Assembly: GCA_022340905.1 (NCBI GenBank)
Contig: JAJDNB010000095.1
Coordinates: 10,967 to 74,966 of the forward strand
Reading direction: 5' to 3'
DNA length: 64,000 nt
From: Deltaproteobacteria bacterium
Lineage (GTDB): Bacteria; Desulfobacterota; Syntrophobacteria; BM002
A model generated the notes under the pieces. It saw nothing but the letters and a program-made list of their open reading frames with translations, was not told the origin of the DNA and did no database searches. Shown in pieces: positions 19,001-27,460 of this stretch (within the stretch, counting starts at the first letter, position 1; the number at the start of each line of letters is the position of its first letter). A program made the position numbers and the translations under genes.

Positions 19001-19770
19001 GACTCAATCTGGCCCATTTGAGTGTTGAGAGAAAAGGGGAAAAGATGAGTTTTGCAGATCTTGATGGACAACCGCGCAAGATCATCACCAGCCCCATCTG
19101 GAGTGGCATAGAGTCCGAAGACCGTTTTTATTCGCCCTTTGTGATTAACATAGAGGAAAAAGTTCCCTTTCGCACCCTCACTGGTCGGGCCCAGTTCTAC
19201 CAGGATCACGAGTGGATGTTGGCCTTTGGTGAGGGGTTGCCGGTTTTCCGGCCACCTTTGGACATGCAGGCCCTGGGCTCCACCGAGATTGGTCGCAGTG
19301 ATAGCAAAGAAATTATCTTAAACTATCTCACCCCCCATTCCAAATGGTCCATTCATAGCACCTATTCCGATACTCTGATCATGTTAACTCTCTTCCGGGG
19401 AGGAGAGGCTATCTGGATCAATGACGAGGATGCGTCCTCCATTGGCGTCGAAGACAATGATTGGCTCGAGTGCTTCAATGTCAATGGAGTGGTGATGGCA
19501 AAGGCTGTTGTAAGTCACCGAATCCCCAGAGGGAAAGCTTTCATGTATCACGCTCAAGAGAGAATGATCAACACTCCCGGGTCGCAGCTGTCAGGTAAAC
19601 GAGGGGGAACCCACAACAGCGTTACTCGTATCCTGGTGAAGCCAACCCAAATGATTGGCGGATATGCTCAACTGAGTTACGGCTTCAACTATTATGGCCC
19701 CACAGGTGCCCAAAGGGATGAAGTTATTGTGGTCCGGAAGGCAGGAAAGGTTGATTGGTATGAAGATTAA
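16087..19770 (+). CDS. narG: Respiratory nitrate reductase alpha subunit
   Basis: 1227 aa. N-terminal FS0 region HGVNCTGSCSWDVYVKDG. Mo-bisMGD domain architecture. Confidence 0.95.
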   Translation: MAKRSLLSSLRFLRPRTTCVKEALAGGWAEVRCGERDWEDFYRKRWQYDKKVRSTHGVNCTGSCSWDVYVKDGIIVWETQRGDYPSCGPDLPDHEPRGCPRGATFSWYTYSPVRLKYPYIRSVLLEMWRTQIDSTDDPVTAWQTIVEDEEKRKIYQQARGRGGFVRVPWEEAATLIAASLVYTIKKYGPERIFGFTPIPAMSMVCYASGARFLSLIGGSLISFYDWYCDLPPASPQIWGEQTDVPESADWYESSYMIVWGTNLPMTRTPDAHFFTEARYRGAKVAAVAPDYAEYVKFADTWLPAKAGTDTALAMAMTFVIFKEFYLERPSEYFTSYAKAYTDLPFAVVLKSKDELYVSERFLRASDLGFDQENGEWKTLYYDLNSKTFVVPNGSIGFRWNEEGRWNLHQLDSVSGEAVDPLLSFAGENDGWVSVGFPLFDFQGAKVRIGKVPVKRIVGDGEGITVATVFDLMAANLGMDRGQGGEVAKDYDEAKAYTPGWQEAITGVSKADVIRVAREFAENADKTKGKSMIFLGAGTNHWYHNDMTYRAILNLTTLCGCQGVNGGGWAHYVGQEKIRPQASWSAIAFGLDWRRPPRQQNGTSFYYFATDQYRYETFDASHLRSPLAEKWVDKHLADYNVIAARLGWLPSYPQFNRNPLQLCKEAVENGATSDEEIISYVVERLKKGEIKFALEDPDSPENWPRLLFLWRANLLGASGKGHEYFLKHLLGTEHSVLNRESEKKTEEVLWRDPAPEGKLDLLVTSELRMSTSALYADVALPAASWYEMHDLSTTDLHSFIHPFNPAIDPPWESRTNWDQFKTIAEKFSELAVGHLGEEKDLVATPLLHDSPGEIAQPKVKDWKRGEVEPVPGKTMSNLTVVTRDYPNTYKMMTSLGPLVASVGIGSKGVTWKADQEYEDLKAKLGTVSTGGVTEGMPQLQTGKQVAEAILALAPETNGNTAVKAWQTLEKKTGLNLAHLSVERKGEKMSFADLDGQPRKIITSPIWSGIESEDRFYSPFVINIEEKVPFRTLTGRAQFYQDHEWMLAFGEGLPVFRPPLDMQALGSTEIGRSDSKEIILNYLTPHSKWSIHSTYSDTLIMLTLFRGGEAIWINDEDASSIGVEDNDWLECFNVNGVVMAKAVVSHRIPRGKAFMYHAQERMINTPGSQLSGKRGGTHNSVTRILVKPTQMIGGYAQLSYGFNYYGPTGAQRDEVIVVRKAGKVDWYED

Positions 19771-21181
19771 AGCGCAGATTGGGATGGTTCTAAATTTGGA
19801 CAAGTGTATCGGTTGCCATACCTGCAGCATTCCCTGCAAGAATGTCTGGACCAATAGGACTGGAGCCGAATACATCTGGTTCAACAACGTGGAGACCAAG
19901 CCGGGGATCGGCTACCCTAAGAAATGGGAGAATCAGACGATCCACAAGGGTGGCTGGAAGATGGATGCAAAACTTCGCCTTCGTGCTGGCGGTCAACCGA
20001 GCAAGCTGTTGAAGATCTTTCACAACCCTGATTTACCAGCCATTGATGAATATTACGAGCCTTGGACCTACAACTATGACAAGTTGATTTCCACTGCCCA
20101 GAAAAAACATCAGCCTTCAACCAGGCCCCAATCCCTGATCACTGGCAAGCCCATACGGCTCAGATGGGGCCCAAACTGGGAGGACGATCTAGCCGGGGTC
20201 AGTGAAACGGGCACGGGAGATGTTAATTTCAACAACCTGGACTACCAGGTTTACCTGCAGTTCAAAAAAGTGTTTATGTTTTACCTCCCCCGCCTTTGTG
20301 AACACTGCCTTAATCCAGCCTGCGTGGCCTCTTGTCCCTCAGGTGCTCTCTACAAGCGGGAGGAGGATGGAATCGTCTTGGTGGATCAGGAGAGATGCCG
20401 TGGGTGGCGATATTGTGTTTCAGGTTGTCCATACAAAAAGGTCTATTTCAACTGGGAGACCGGTAGATCCGAAAAATGTATTTTCTGTTATCCCAGAATT
20501 GAAGCAGGAATGACCAGTCTCTGCGCTGAGACCTGTGTTGGCAAGATACGCTATGTGGGTGTCATTCTCTACGATGCAGATAAAATTGCCATGACAGCCT
20601 CCACTGAGAAAGAGCAAGAACTGTATCCCGCCCAAGCCAGGATGTTCCTGGATCCCACGGACCCGGCAGTTGTTGCCGAAGCTATTTCTCAAGGAATACC
20701 GCAGAGCTATATCGAAGCAGCCCAACAGTCTCCGGTCTATAAGTTGGCGGTAGACTGGCAATTGGCCTTCCCACTCCATCCTGAATTCAGAACCCTGCCC
20801 ATGGTCTGGTACATTCCGCCACTGAGCCCTCTGGTGCAGTTTTTCGACGAATCTGTTGCTGATGTCCACGATCCTGAGGTGATGAGAATTCCATTGACCT
20901 ATCTTGCCAATCTTCTCACTGCCGGCGATAGGGAACCGGTCCGGATGGCATTGCGTCGACTCATGGCCCTGAGAAGCTACATGCGTTCCAGGCGGCTGGA
21001 AGGTAAAGCAGATGCTCATGTTCTTGAAAAAGTGGGAATGACCGAGGAGATGGCACAGGGGATTTACCGATTGCTTGCCATCGCCAAATACAAAGATCGT
21101 TTCGTCATTCCTACCACAAAGAAAGAAACGGAGGTCGATCTCTATCGCGGCCAAGGGGCCGCGGGGTTTGATTCGCATTGA
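19760..21181 (+). CDS. narH: Respiratory nitrate reductase beta subunit (4 Fe-S clusters)
   Basis: MKIKAQIGMVLNLDKCIGCHTCSIPCKNVW canonical NarH N-terminus. Start 19760 overlaps the narG stop by 11 nt. The ORF-track start at 19694 is an upstream extension. Confidence 0.95.
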   Translation: MKIKAQIGMVLNLDKCIGCHTCSIPCKNVWTNRTGAEYIWFNNVETKPGIGYPKKWENQTIHKGGWKMDAKLRLRAGGQPSKLLKIFHNPDLPAIDEYYEPWTYNYDKLISTAQKKHQPSTRPQSLITGKPIRLRWGPNWEDDLAGVSETGTGDVNFNNLDYQVYLQFKKVFMFYLPRLCEHCLNPACVASCPSGALYKREEDGIVLVDQERCRGWRYCVSGCPYKKVYFNWETGRSEKCIFCYPRIEAGMTSLCAETCVGKIRYVGVILYDADKIAMTASTEKEQELYPAQARMFLDPTDPAVVAEAISQGIPQSYIEAAQQSPVYKLAVDWQLAFPLHPEFRTLPMVWYIPPLSPLVQFFDESVADVHDPEVMRIPLTYLANLLTAGDREPVRMALRRLMALRSYMRSRRLEGKADAHVLEKVGMTEEMAQGIYRLLAIAKYKDRFVIPTTKKETEVDLYRGQGAAGFDSH

Positions 21182-21327
21182 GCATAGCGCAATGTCCAGC
21201 AGGCAGCGGGCAGATTGCAGCAGGCAGCCAGAGAGTAAGAGGTCGGAAATCAGAGAGTAGAGAGTACAAGAGAGCTGGCTACTGAGAAAGAAGCGGGGAC
21301 ATGGGTTTGGTTGTATAGGAGAAGGAG

Positions 21328-21870
21328 TTGGTGGTGGTTATAAACGAGGAAAATCGACATCTGTTAAAGGTGCTATCGGCTCTGCTTCAGTATCCCGACG
21401 AGGAACTTGTTCTTTTGCTCGATGAGTTGAAGGAAGCGGTTGGAGAAATTCCCCAAGAGGAGCACCGAGAAAAGTGCGTGAATTGCTTAGACTATCTGGA
21501 GAATAATTCGTTGATCCACTTACAGGAGGAGTACACAGCGACCTTTGACTTAAACCCCGCAACCAGCCTTAATCTTACTTACCACAAGTGGGGAGATGCC
21601 CGGGAAAGGGGAAGTGCTCTCTCCGATTTAAATTACCTTTATCACACAGCCGGCTACGATAGCTCCGATGACGACCTGCCTGATTATCTCCCGTTAATAT
21701 TGGAGTTTCTCTCCATAACTACATTAGCAGACAGTTTTTTGTTTCTTGGACAGTACTGTGACCAGGTGGAAGCTGTGGGTTCGCGCCTCAGAGAGAAAGG
21801 CAGTCCATATGCCGGTCTTTTTGAGATTGTCCTGGATATTTTTAGAGATTTACGAGGTAACGGAGACTGA
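21328..21870 (+). CDS. narJ: Nitrate reductase molybdenum cofactor assembly chaperone (TorD family)
   Basis: 180 aa, lying between narH and narI. LLQYPDEEL N-terminal pattern. Confidence 0.75.
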   Translation: MVVVINEENRHLLKVLSALLQYPDEELVLLLDELKEAVGEIPQEEHREKCVNCLDYLENNSLIHLQEEYTATFDLNPATSLNLTYHKWGDARERGSALSDLNYLYHTAGYDSSDDDLPDYLPLILEFLSITTLADSFLFLGQYCDQVEAVGSRLREKGSPYAGLFEIVLDIFRDLRGNGD

Positions 21871-21874
21871 GGAA

Positions 21875-22558
21875 ATGAACACGTTAAACACGCTCGCATT
21901 TTTAGTTTTCCCATACTTGGCGATCACTACCTGTGTAGTCGGTCATCTATACCGTTACCTTAGCGATCCCTACGGCTGGAATACGAGGTCGAGCGAACTT
22001 CTCGAAAAGAAGGGGTTAAAGTTTGCGGCCACGATTTTCCACTGGGGAATTATTTTTACCCTACTGGGACACGGAGCTGGATTGCTGGTCCCCCAAAAGT
22101 TTTGGGATGCGATGGGCATGGACAGCCAGACTCACACGGTGTTTGCCACCTATAGCGGTCTCGTTGTTGGGTCTGCGGCTCTATTGGGCCTTACCCTGTT
22201 ACTTTTTCGCCGACTCACCAAGGATCGAATACTGGCCACCACAACGCTGAACGATTTTGTCACCATAGGACTGCTGTTTTTTGTTGTCGCCACAGGGACT
22301 GCCAATGTTGTCATTAGTCTGTACGAACACTTTGACATTCTTACCACTGTTGCCCCATGGCTTCGCGGAATCGTCACCTTCACTCCAGATCCGACTCTCA
22401 TGCTCAGGGTGCCCCTGAGATTCAAGCTTCACATTCTCGGAGTGTTGACCCTAACAGGATTTTGGCCTTTTAGTCGCTTAGTGCATGTGTGGAGCATACC
22501 ACTCACTTATATTTTCCGCAGATGGATCATATTTAGAAAGAGAGAGGCTGTTTTATAA
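21875..22558 (+). CDS. narI: Respiratory nitrate reductase gamma subunit (dihaem cytochrome b)
   Basis: 227 aa from MNTLNTLAFLVFPYLAITTCVVGH (start 5 nt after the narJ stop). Five TM helices with conserved His. The ORF-track start at 21746 is an extension overlapping narJ. Confidence 0.85.
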   Translation: MNTLNTLAFLVFPYLAITTCVVGHLYRYLSDPYGWNTRSSELLEKKGLKFAATIFHWGIIFTLLGHGAGLLVPQKFWDAMGMDSQTHTVFATYSGLVVGSAALLGLTLLLFRRLTKDRILATTTLNDFVTIGLLFFVVATGTANVVISLYEHFDILTTVAPWLRGIVTFTPDPTLMLRVPLRFKLHILGVLTLTGFWPFSRLVHVWSIPLTYIFRRWIIFRKREAVL

Positions 22559-22661
22559 GGCAGGGTTTAGAGATCAAAGGTTTCAGGTGTCAGGTTTCGG
22601 GTGTCAGGATGACAAACAAAGGCTGAAACCTGTAACCTTATCGGGAAGGAGGTGAAGCTCC

Positions 22662-23966
22662 ATGAATGAAGAAGCCGTGTGTTACGCCCAATCCAGTCGA
22701 GGTGCTGCCCTGACTTGGACTACCTTGGCATTTTTTGCTGGCTTTGCGGGGGTTTCTGCTTTCGGTCCAATCGTTCCCAAGCTTAAAGAGTCTATGGCCT
22801 TGGATCCCTTCTTCATGGGTTTGTTGGCGGCCTGCCCTGCCCTCACCGGCTCCTTGCTGCGGATTCCTTTTGGAGCTATGGTTGACCGTATGGGTGGCAA
22901 AAAGCCCATTATGATCCTTTTAGTGCTCGCAGTTGCAGGCATCGGTTGCATAACCCTGATGTTCGGCCTCTTCAGACCCCCTCAGCCGGTTCATTATCCA
23001 GTGTTCCTCTTGTCCGGAATTCTCTGCGGTTGTGGTATTGCGGTGTTCTCCGTTGGGATTCCTACTGTTTCTTATTGGTATCCTCAGAAGAGACAGGGAA
23101 CCGCGCTCGCTATTTATGCGGGTCTGGGAAACATGGCGCCTGGAATGTTCGCCGTGATCCTCCCTTATCTGGTTGTATCTCTTGGGCTACCAATTTCTTA
23201 TGTGCTGTGGCTGGCCATGCTTGTCATTCTCCTTGGAGTATTCTGGTTTTTTATGCACGATGCCCCCTATTTTCAATATAGACAGATGGGCATAGAAATC
23301 GACAAAGACGCCCTGCTTATTGCCTGTGGTGAGGAACTATTCCCCTCAGGAGCCGCTTTCGAGTCGGTCAAGAAAGCGGGGTCCGACTGGCGAACGTGGA
23401 TATTGACCGCCTTTTACTTTGTCTCTTTTGGTGGTTTTATTGCTCTTACTGTCTGGTTTCCAACCTATTGGACCGAACACTTCGGCACAAGCCTGGTGGT
23501 GGCTGGTTCACTTACTGCTTTGTACTCACTTGCCACTTCCTTGCTCAGAGTTTTCGGCGGACTCACTTCGGATCGAATTGGTGGCGAAAAGACGGTGTTT
23601 ATTTCTTTTGTGATCGTCACAGTAGGTGCTTTTCTTCTTATCATCGCTTCAGAGTCTATGGGGCTTGCTGTAGCCGGCGAGGTGTTTCTTGCTCTGGGAA
23701 TGGGATTCGCCAATGCTGCTGTGTTCAAGCTGGTACCCAAATACACGCCGGAGACGGTTGGCGGGTCCGCAGGGATTGTGGGAGGCTTGGGAGCCTTTGG
23801 AGGTTTTGTCATACCGCCTGTGATGGGTCTTTTCGTCAAGGTGTCTGGTAGTGACGGATATTCTCTTGGATTTACGGTCTTTTTGGCACTCTCCCTGGTA
23901 TCTCTGGGTCTCTTTGCCATTCTAAACCATTATGCTTCCGGACATGAGGCGACGGCCACGACGTAA
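22662..23966 (+). CDS. narK: MFS nitrate/nitrite transporter (NarK family)
   Basis: 12-TM MFS protein with the G-x-x-x-D-R-x-G-x-R-type motif (GAMVDRMGGKKP), directly downstream of narGHJI. RBS GGAAGGAGGTG. Confidence 0.75.
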   Translation: MNEEAVCYAQSSRGAALTWTTLAFFAGFAGVSAFGPIVPKLKESMALDPFFMGLLAACPALTGSLLRIPFGAMVDRMGGKKPIMILLVLAVAGIGCITLMFGLFRPPQPVHYPVFLLSGILCGCGIAVFSVGIPTVSYWYPQKRQGTALAIYAGLGNMAPGMFAVILPYLVVSLGLPISYVLWLAMLVILLGVFWFFMHDAPYFQYRQMGIEIDKDALLIACGEELFPSGAAFESVKKAGSDWRTWILTAFYFVSFGGFIALTVWFPTYWTEHFGTSLVVAGSLTALYSLATSLLRVFGGLTSDRIGGEKTVFISFVIVTVGAFLLIIASESMGLAVAGEVFLALGMGFANAAVFKLVPKYTPETVGGSAGIVGGLGAFGGFVIPPVMGLFVKVSGSDGYSLGFTVFLALSLVSLGLFAILNHYASGHEATATT

Positions 23967-24123
23967 ACACAGAATCTATGCCCTCGTAGAGCTGTCGGGT
24001 ATTAGTGCAGCGGTTCGCTTCGGCTTGGCGGGAGGGGGTCAGGGGGAAAAGGAGAGAAGTTGGGTTAAACATAACGTCTGTTATAGTTTGAAATGGCAAC
24101 CGCGAACCTAGGAAAAGAATGCT

Positions 24124-24801
24124 ATGAAGGCCTTTGAAGAACTACTGGCTTCCTCAGCCTCCGCCCATGGTCATCTGTGCCCAGGCCAGGTGGTGGGCGT
24201 GCGCATGGCCATGTTGGGCTGCAGTCTCATCGGTTTGGATGATCCAACTGGGCTCGAGCAGATCAAGAAGCTGATTGTTTACCTGGAGATGGACCGGTGT
24301 GCAGGAGATGCGGTTGCTCATGTAACGGGGGCCCGATTGGGGCGGCGTTCGCTGAAGGTTGTGGACTATGGTATTATGGCCGCAACCTTTGTCAACCTTG
24401 AAACCGGCAGGGCCTACCGGGTACTTTCCACCGAGGAAGCCCGTGATCTTGCTCCTCACTACGCTTCGGAAATTCTCGGGAATTCGCAACAGCAGGTGGA
24501 GGCTTACAAGAGGATGGAGAACTGTGTCCTTTTTCGGGTTCAGCAGGTACAGGTTTCTGTCAGCGAGTTTGACTTGCCTGGACCTACCCGCCGAAAAGTT
24601 GCTTGCAACCGTTGCGGTCAAGTGGTGCGGGACTGCCGTGAAGTGGTCGTTGATGGAAAGGCTCTCTGCCGGCCGTGTGCTGAGGGTGCTTACTTCCGAG
24701 AACCCCGTGAAACTACCTGGCCTGGTATGGACTGGGCGCCGGTCTCTCCCCAGCAACCAGGTGAAACTAAGGCTGGAAGCAGTGAGGGCTATCCCCGATA
24801 A
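24124..24801 (+). CDS. FmdE/FwdE-family protein with C-terminal zinc ribbon
   Basis: SASAHGHLCPGQVVGVRMAM is the FmdE N-terminal signature. C-terminal CNRCGQ...CRPC. Confidence 0.7.
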   Translation: MKAFEELLASSASAHGHLCPGQVVGVRMAMLGCSLIGLDDPTGLEQIKKLIVYLEMDRCAGDAVAHVTGARLGRRSLKVVDYGIMAATFVNLETGRAYRVLSTEEARDLAPHYASEILGNSQQQVEAYKRMENCVLFRVQQVQVSVSEFDLPGPTRRKVACNRCGQVVRDCREVVVDGKALCRPCAEGAYFREPRETTWPGMDWAPVSPQQPGETKAGSSEGYPR

Positions 24802-24974
24802 TGTAAGCCATCATGGCATGGCGATGGCAGAGGCCACTGAGGTTCGCTATGGTGCCGCCGCCCTTCCCGGCTCACCACAACTACCCCCATCGTGGGTTTG
24901 GTAAAGGCGGGGAGATACTTTCTGGCAAAGCGACTGGCGCCGTGCTTTTTGCCTAAGAAGGAGGGATTGCAAAT

Positions 24975-25412
24975 ATGTGGGAGTATGAGTGGCTGTGCCA
25001 ACAAATTGTGGAAAAATCAGCAGATGCGATCATTTTTGCGGATCATGATGGCATCATTCGGCTGTGGAATGCTGGTGCTAAGGCCATTTTGGGTTACACT
25101 GCGGAAGAGGCCTTAGATCAGAGCCTTGATCTCATTGTGCCGGAGAAGTTGCGGAATAGGCATTGGGAGGGCTACCGCAAGGTGATGGCAACGGGAAGGA
25201 CAAAATACGGCAAGGAAACCCTGGCGGTACCGGCAATTACCAAGGGCGGAAACCGAATTTCCATTGAATTTACCATAGTATTGGTGACCAATGACTCAGG
25301 TGAACCCCTGGGCACAGCCGCCATTATTCGCGATGTCACTGAACGCTTTCTGAAACAGAAGGAACTCAGGAAGCGGCTAGCTGAACTGGAGCAGCGAGAA
25401 AAAAAGAGTTGA
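24975..25412 (+). CDS. PAS-domain sensor protein (single PAS, no output domain)
   Basis: IIFADHDGIIRLWNAGAKAILGYTAEEALDQSLDLIVP ... AAIIRDVTER, a PAS S-box. Confidence 0.75.
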   Translation: MWEYEWLCQQIVEKSADAIIFADHDGIIRLWNAGAKAILGYTAEEALDQSLDLIVPEKLRNRHWEGYRKVMATGRTKYGKETLAVPAITKGGNRISIEFTIVLVTNDSGEPLGTAAIIRDVTERFLKQKELRKRLAELEQREKKS

Positions 25413-25439
25413 CGTGGGAGATCTGGGGTGTGGGATTTT

Positions 25440-25507
25440 AGGTTTCGGGTTTCAGTGTTCCCCGCTGCCGCTTCGCTTCAGACGGGAACACTGACACCCG
25501 AAACCTA
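25440..25507. repeat. Copy of the GGTTTCGGG palindromic repeat forming a 22-bp inverted repeat
   Basis: AGGTTTCGGGTTTCAGTGTTCC ... GGAACACTGACACCCGAAACCT, with 21 of 22 positions complementary, around a 23-nt loop. Lies between the PAS gene and the MetE-like gene. Confidence 0.7.
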
Positions 25508-25527
25508 AATTTGACAGGGAATGAACA

Positions 25528-26559
25528 GTGCCCATACCGGGAAACCTCCTAACTACTGCCATGGCAGTAATGCCCCACAGGGACGTAGAGCGGGCCCTCG
25601 AGGTGGCTCTTTCCTTGGATATACCATTCTGGCCGCAATTACCGCTCGTGAGCTACTACGAGGATATGTATGTGCAGGCATCGGAACACTTTCCCGGGAT
25701 TGTCCTTGATCTGGAAAAACGAAAGCTGCGTTTTTCTATGGACAAGTTCGTGGCTGAATTTGAAGAGACCATGGCCCATTTTGATGAACCGGAATATTTT
25801 GATATCAGTGAACACTACTCAGTGGTGTACCACAGGTTCCTCCAGAAAGATTTCTCCCGGCGACCGGCGATAAGGGGGCAAATAGAAGGGCCCATCAGTT
25901 TCGGCTTCAACGTGGTGGACCAGGACGACCGGCCTATCCTGTTTAATGATACCGTTCGACCGTTCCTCATGGAATTTATGGCGAAACGGGTCAATGTGCA
26001 ACTGCAAAGGTTAAAGGAGCTTAATCCTAACGCTTTCATGTTTGTTGACGAACCTGGTTTGCAGTTTCTCTTTAGTGCCTTGGCCGGTTACAGTGACCTG
26101 GCGGCGCGAGGTGACATGGAAAACTTCTTTGCCATGATAGAAAGACCCCGGGGGGTACACCTCTGCGGCAATCCGGACTGGGACTTTCTGCTCGGCCTGG
26201 ACATGGATGTGCTTTCAATGGATGTTTACAGCAACGGCGAGGTTTTTACTCAGTACGGACCATCCATCAAGAAATTTTTGGACCGGGGAGGAAGGCTGGT
26301 CTGGGGTATTGTGCCAAGCAACGTGGAACCATTCGAAGAGGAGAACCTGGATACTCTGGAACAACGTCTAGTAGGTATCTGGACTGCCCTGGATAAGAAG
26401 GGGATAGATCGGGAATTTCTTCTCTCGCGAAGCATGCTCTCCCCCGCGACCTGTTGTCTGGTAAATCCTGACGGCGAGAAAACTGTGGAAAAGGCTTTTG
26501 GGACGACCAGGCAACTTTCCCGACGGCTAAGGCGGAAAATGAACCTGTTGGAGGGCTAG
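25528..26559 (+). CDS. Cobalamin-independent methionine-synthase-like (MetE C-terminal / URO-D superfamily) putative Zn methyltransferase
   Basis: FVDEPGL (cf. IQIDEPA), GVHLCGNPDW (His-x-Cys) and C-terminal PATCCLVNP resemble the MetE zinc and substrate motifs. Assignment is tentative. Confidence 0.4.
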   Translation: MPIPGNLLTTAMAVMPHRDVERALEVALSLDIPFWPQLPLVSYYEDMYVQASEHFPGIVLDLEKRKLRFSMDKFVAEFEETMAHFDEPEYFDISEHYSVVYHRFLQKDFSRRPAIRGQIEGPISFGFNVVDQDDRPILFNDTVRPFLMEFMAKRVNVQLQRLKELNPNAFMFVDEPGLQFLFSALAGYSDLAARGDMENFFAMIERPRGVHLCGNPDWDFLLGLDMDVLSMDVYSNGEVFTQYGPSIKKFLDRGGRLVWGIVPSNVEPFEEENLDTLEQRLVGIWTALDKKGIDREFLLSRSMLSPATCCLVNPDGEKTVEKAFGTTRQLSRRLRRKMNLLEG

Positions 26560-26822
26560 CCGCGTGGTCTATTTGGGTTCGGAAGGAATTTGAAATTTCT
26601 CATATTATTGTGATAGGTATCTTGACAATTTCTTCAAAGTCGGCTTTAGTTATTAAATCATAGCGATTTTCTATCTTTTCATAAACACCCGCACCACAAC
26701 GTCTAGTAACAATTCAAATACATGTTTCGCAAGATCATGAGGCGCCGTTTGTGAGCTTGAACTAATTGGTGGTAGACAAAACTCAAAGGACCTAACCTAA
26801 AATCCTATTGAGGAACGGAACC

Positions 26823-27374
26823 ATGAAAAAGTTCGTCAAGCCCGCTATTTTCATCGTCATTGGTATAATTATCGCCTTTCCATTGTTCAGTCTCACCTAC
26901 TACACCATGGTGCGCACAACCACGCCCCAATTCTGCGCCACCTGCCACGAAATTCAATTTGCCTACAACACTTGGAAGACCTCCACCCATGTGAACAATG
27001 AACAGGGCTTTGTGGCCGACTGCATGGATTGCCATCTGCCGGCTCCGCACGACACCTTTAATTTTTTCTATGCCAAAACCTGGCACGGTGCTAAAGACGT
27101 CCTCCTCCACTTTTTCCAGAGCGAGTATGACCACGAAGAACAGCGACGTGAAGCCTATGCTTCCTTTAAGAATGACCAGTGTCAGAAATGCCATCGCAAT
27201 CTCCTTTATATTCCCAATAAACGTGGTGCTATGCTTGCTCACCGTGACGTGGTCTATGCCAGGCCCGGCTACGAGAAGAAATGCGTTGATTGTCATAAAA
27301 ACCTGGTTCACAACCCCAGAGAGTATTACGATTACAAACAATACGGAGAAACATACCGCGGTTTAGGTTCGTAA
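26823..27374 (+). CDS. NapC/NirT/NrfH-family membrane tetraheme cytochrome c quinol dehydrogenase
   Basis: N-terminal TM helix, then four CxxCH motifs (CATCH, CMDCH, CQKCH, CVDCH). ATG start at 26823 behind GAGGAA. The ORF track used an upstream TTG. Confidence 0.85.
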   Translation: MKKFVKPAIFIVIGIIIAFPLFSLTYYTMVRTTTPQFCATCHEIQFAYNTWKTSTHVNNEQGFVADCMDCHLPAPHDTFNFFYAKTWHGAKDVLLHFFQSEYDHEEQRREAYASFKNDQCQKCHRNLLYIPNKRGAMLAHRDVVYARPGYEKKCVDCHKNLVHNPREYYDYKQYGETYRGLGS

Positions 27375-27460
27375 CCAGAGTAATTAACATCACCGAAGTT
27401 GCCTGGAGTGCACAGTGGCACTCTGGGTGCCTGAGGTTAATCTAGAAAGGGGGTGAAGAA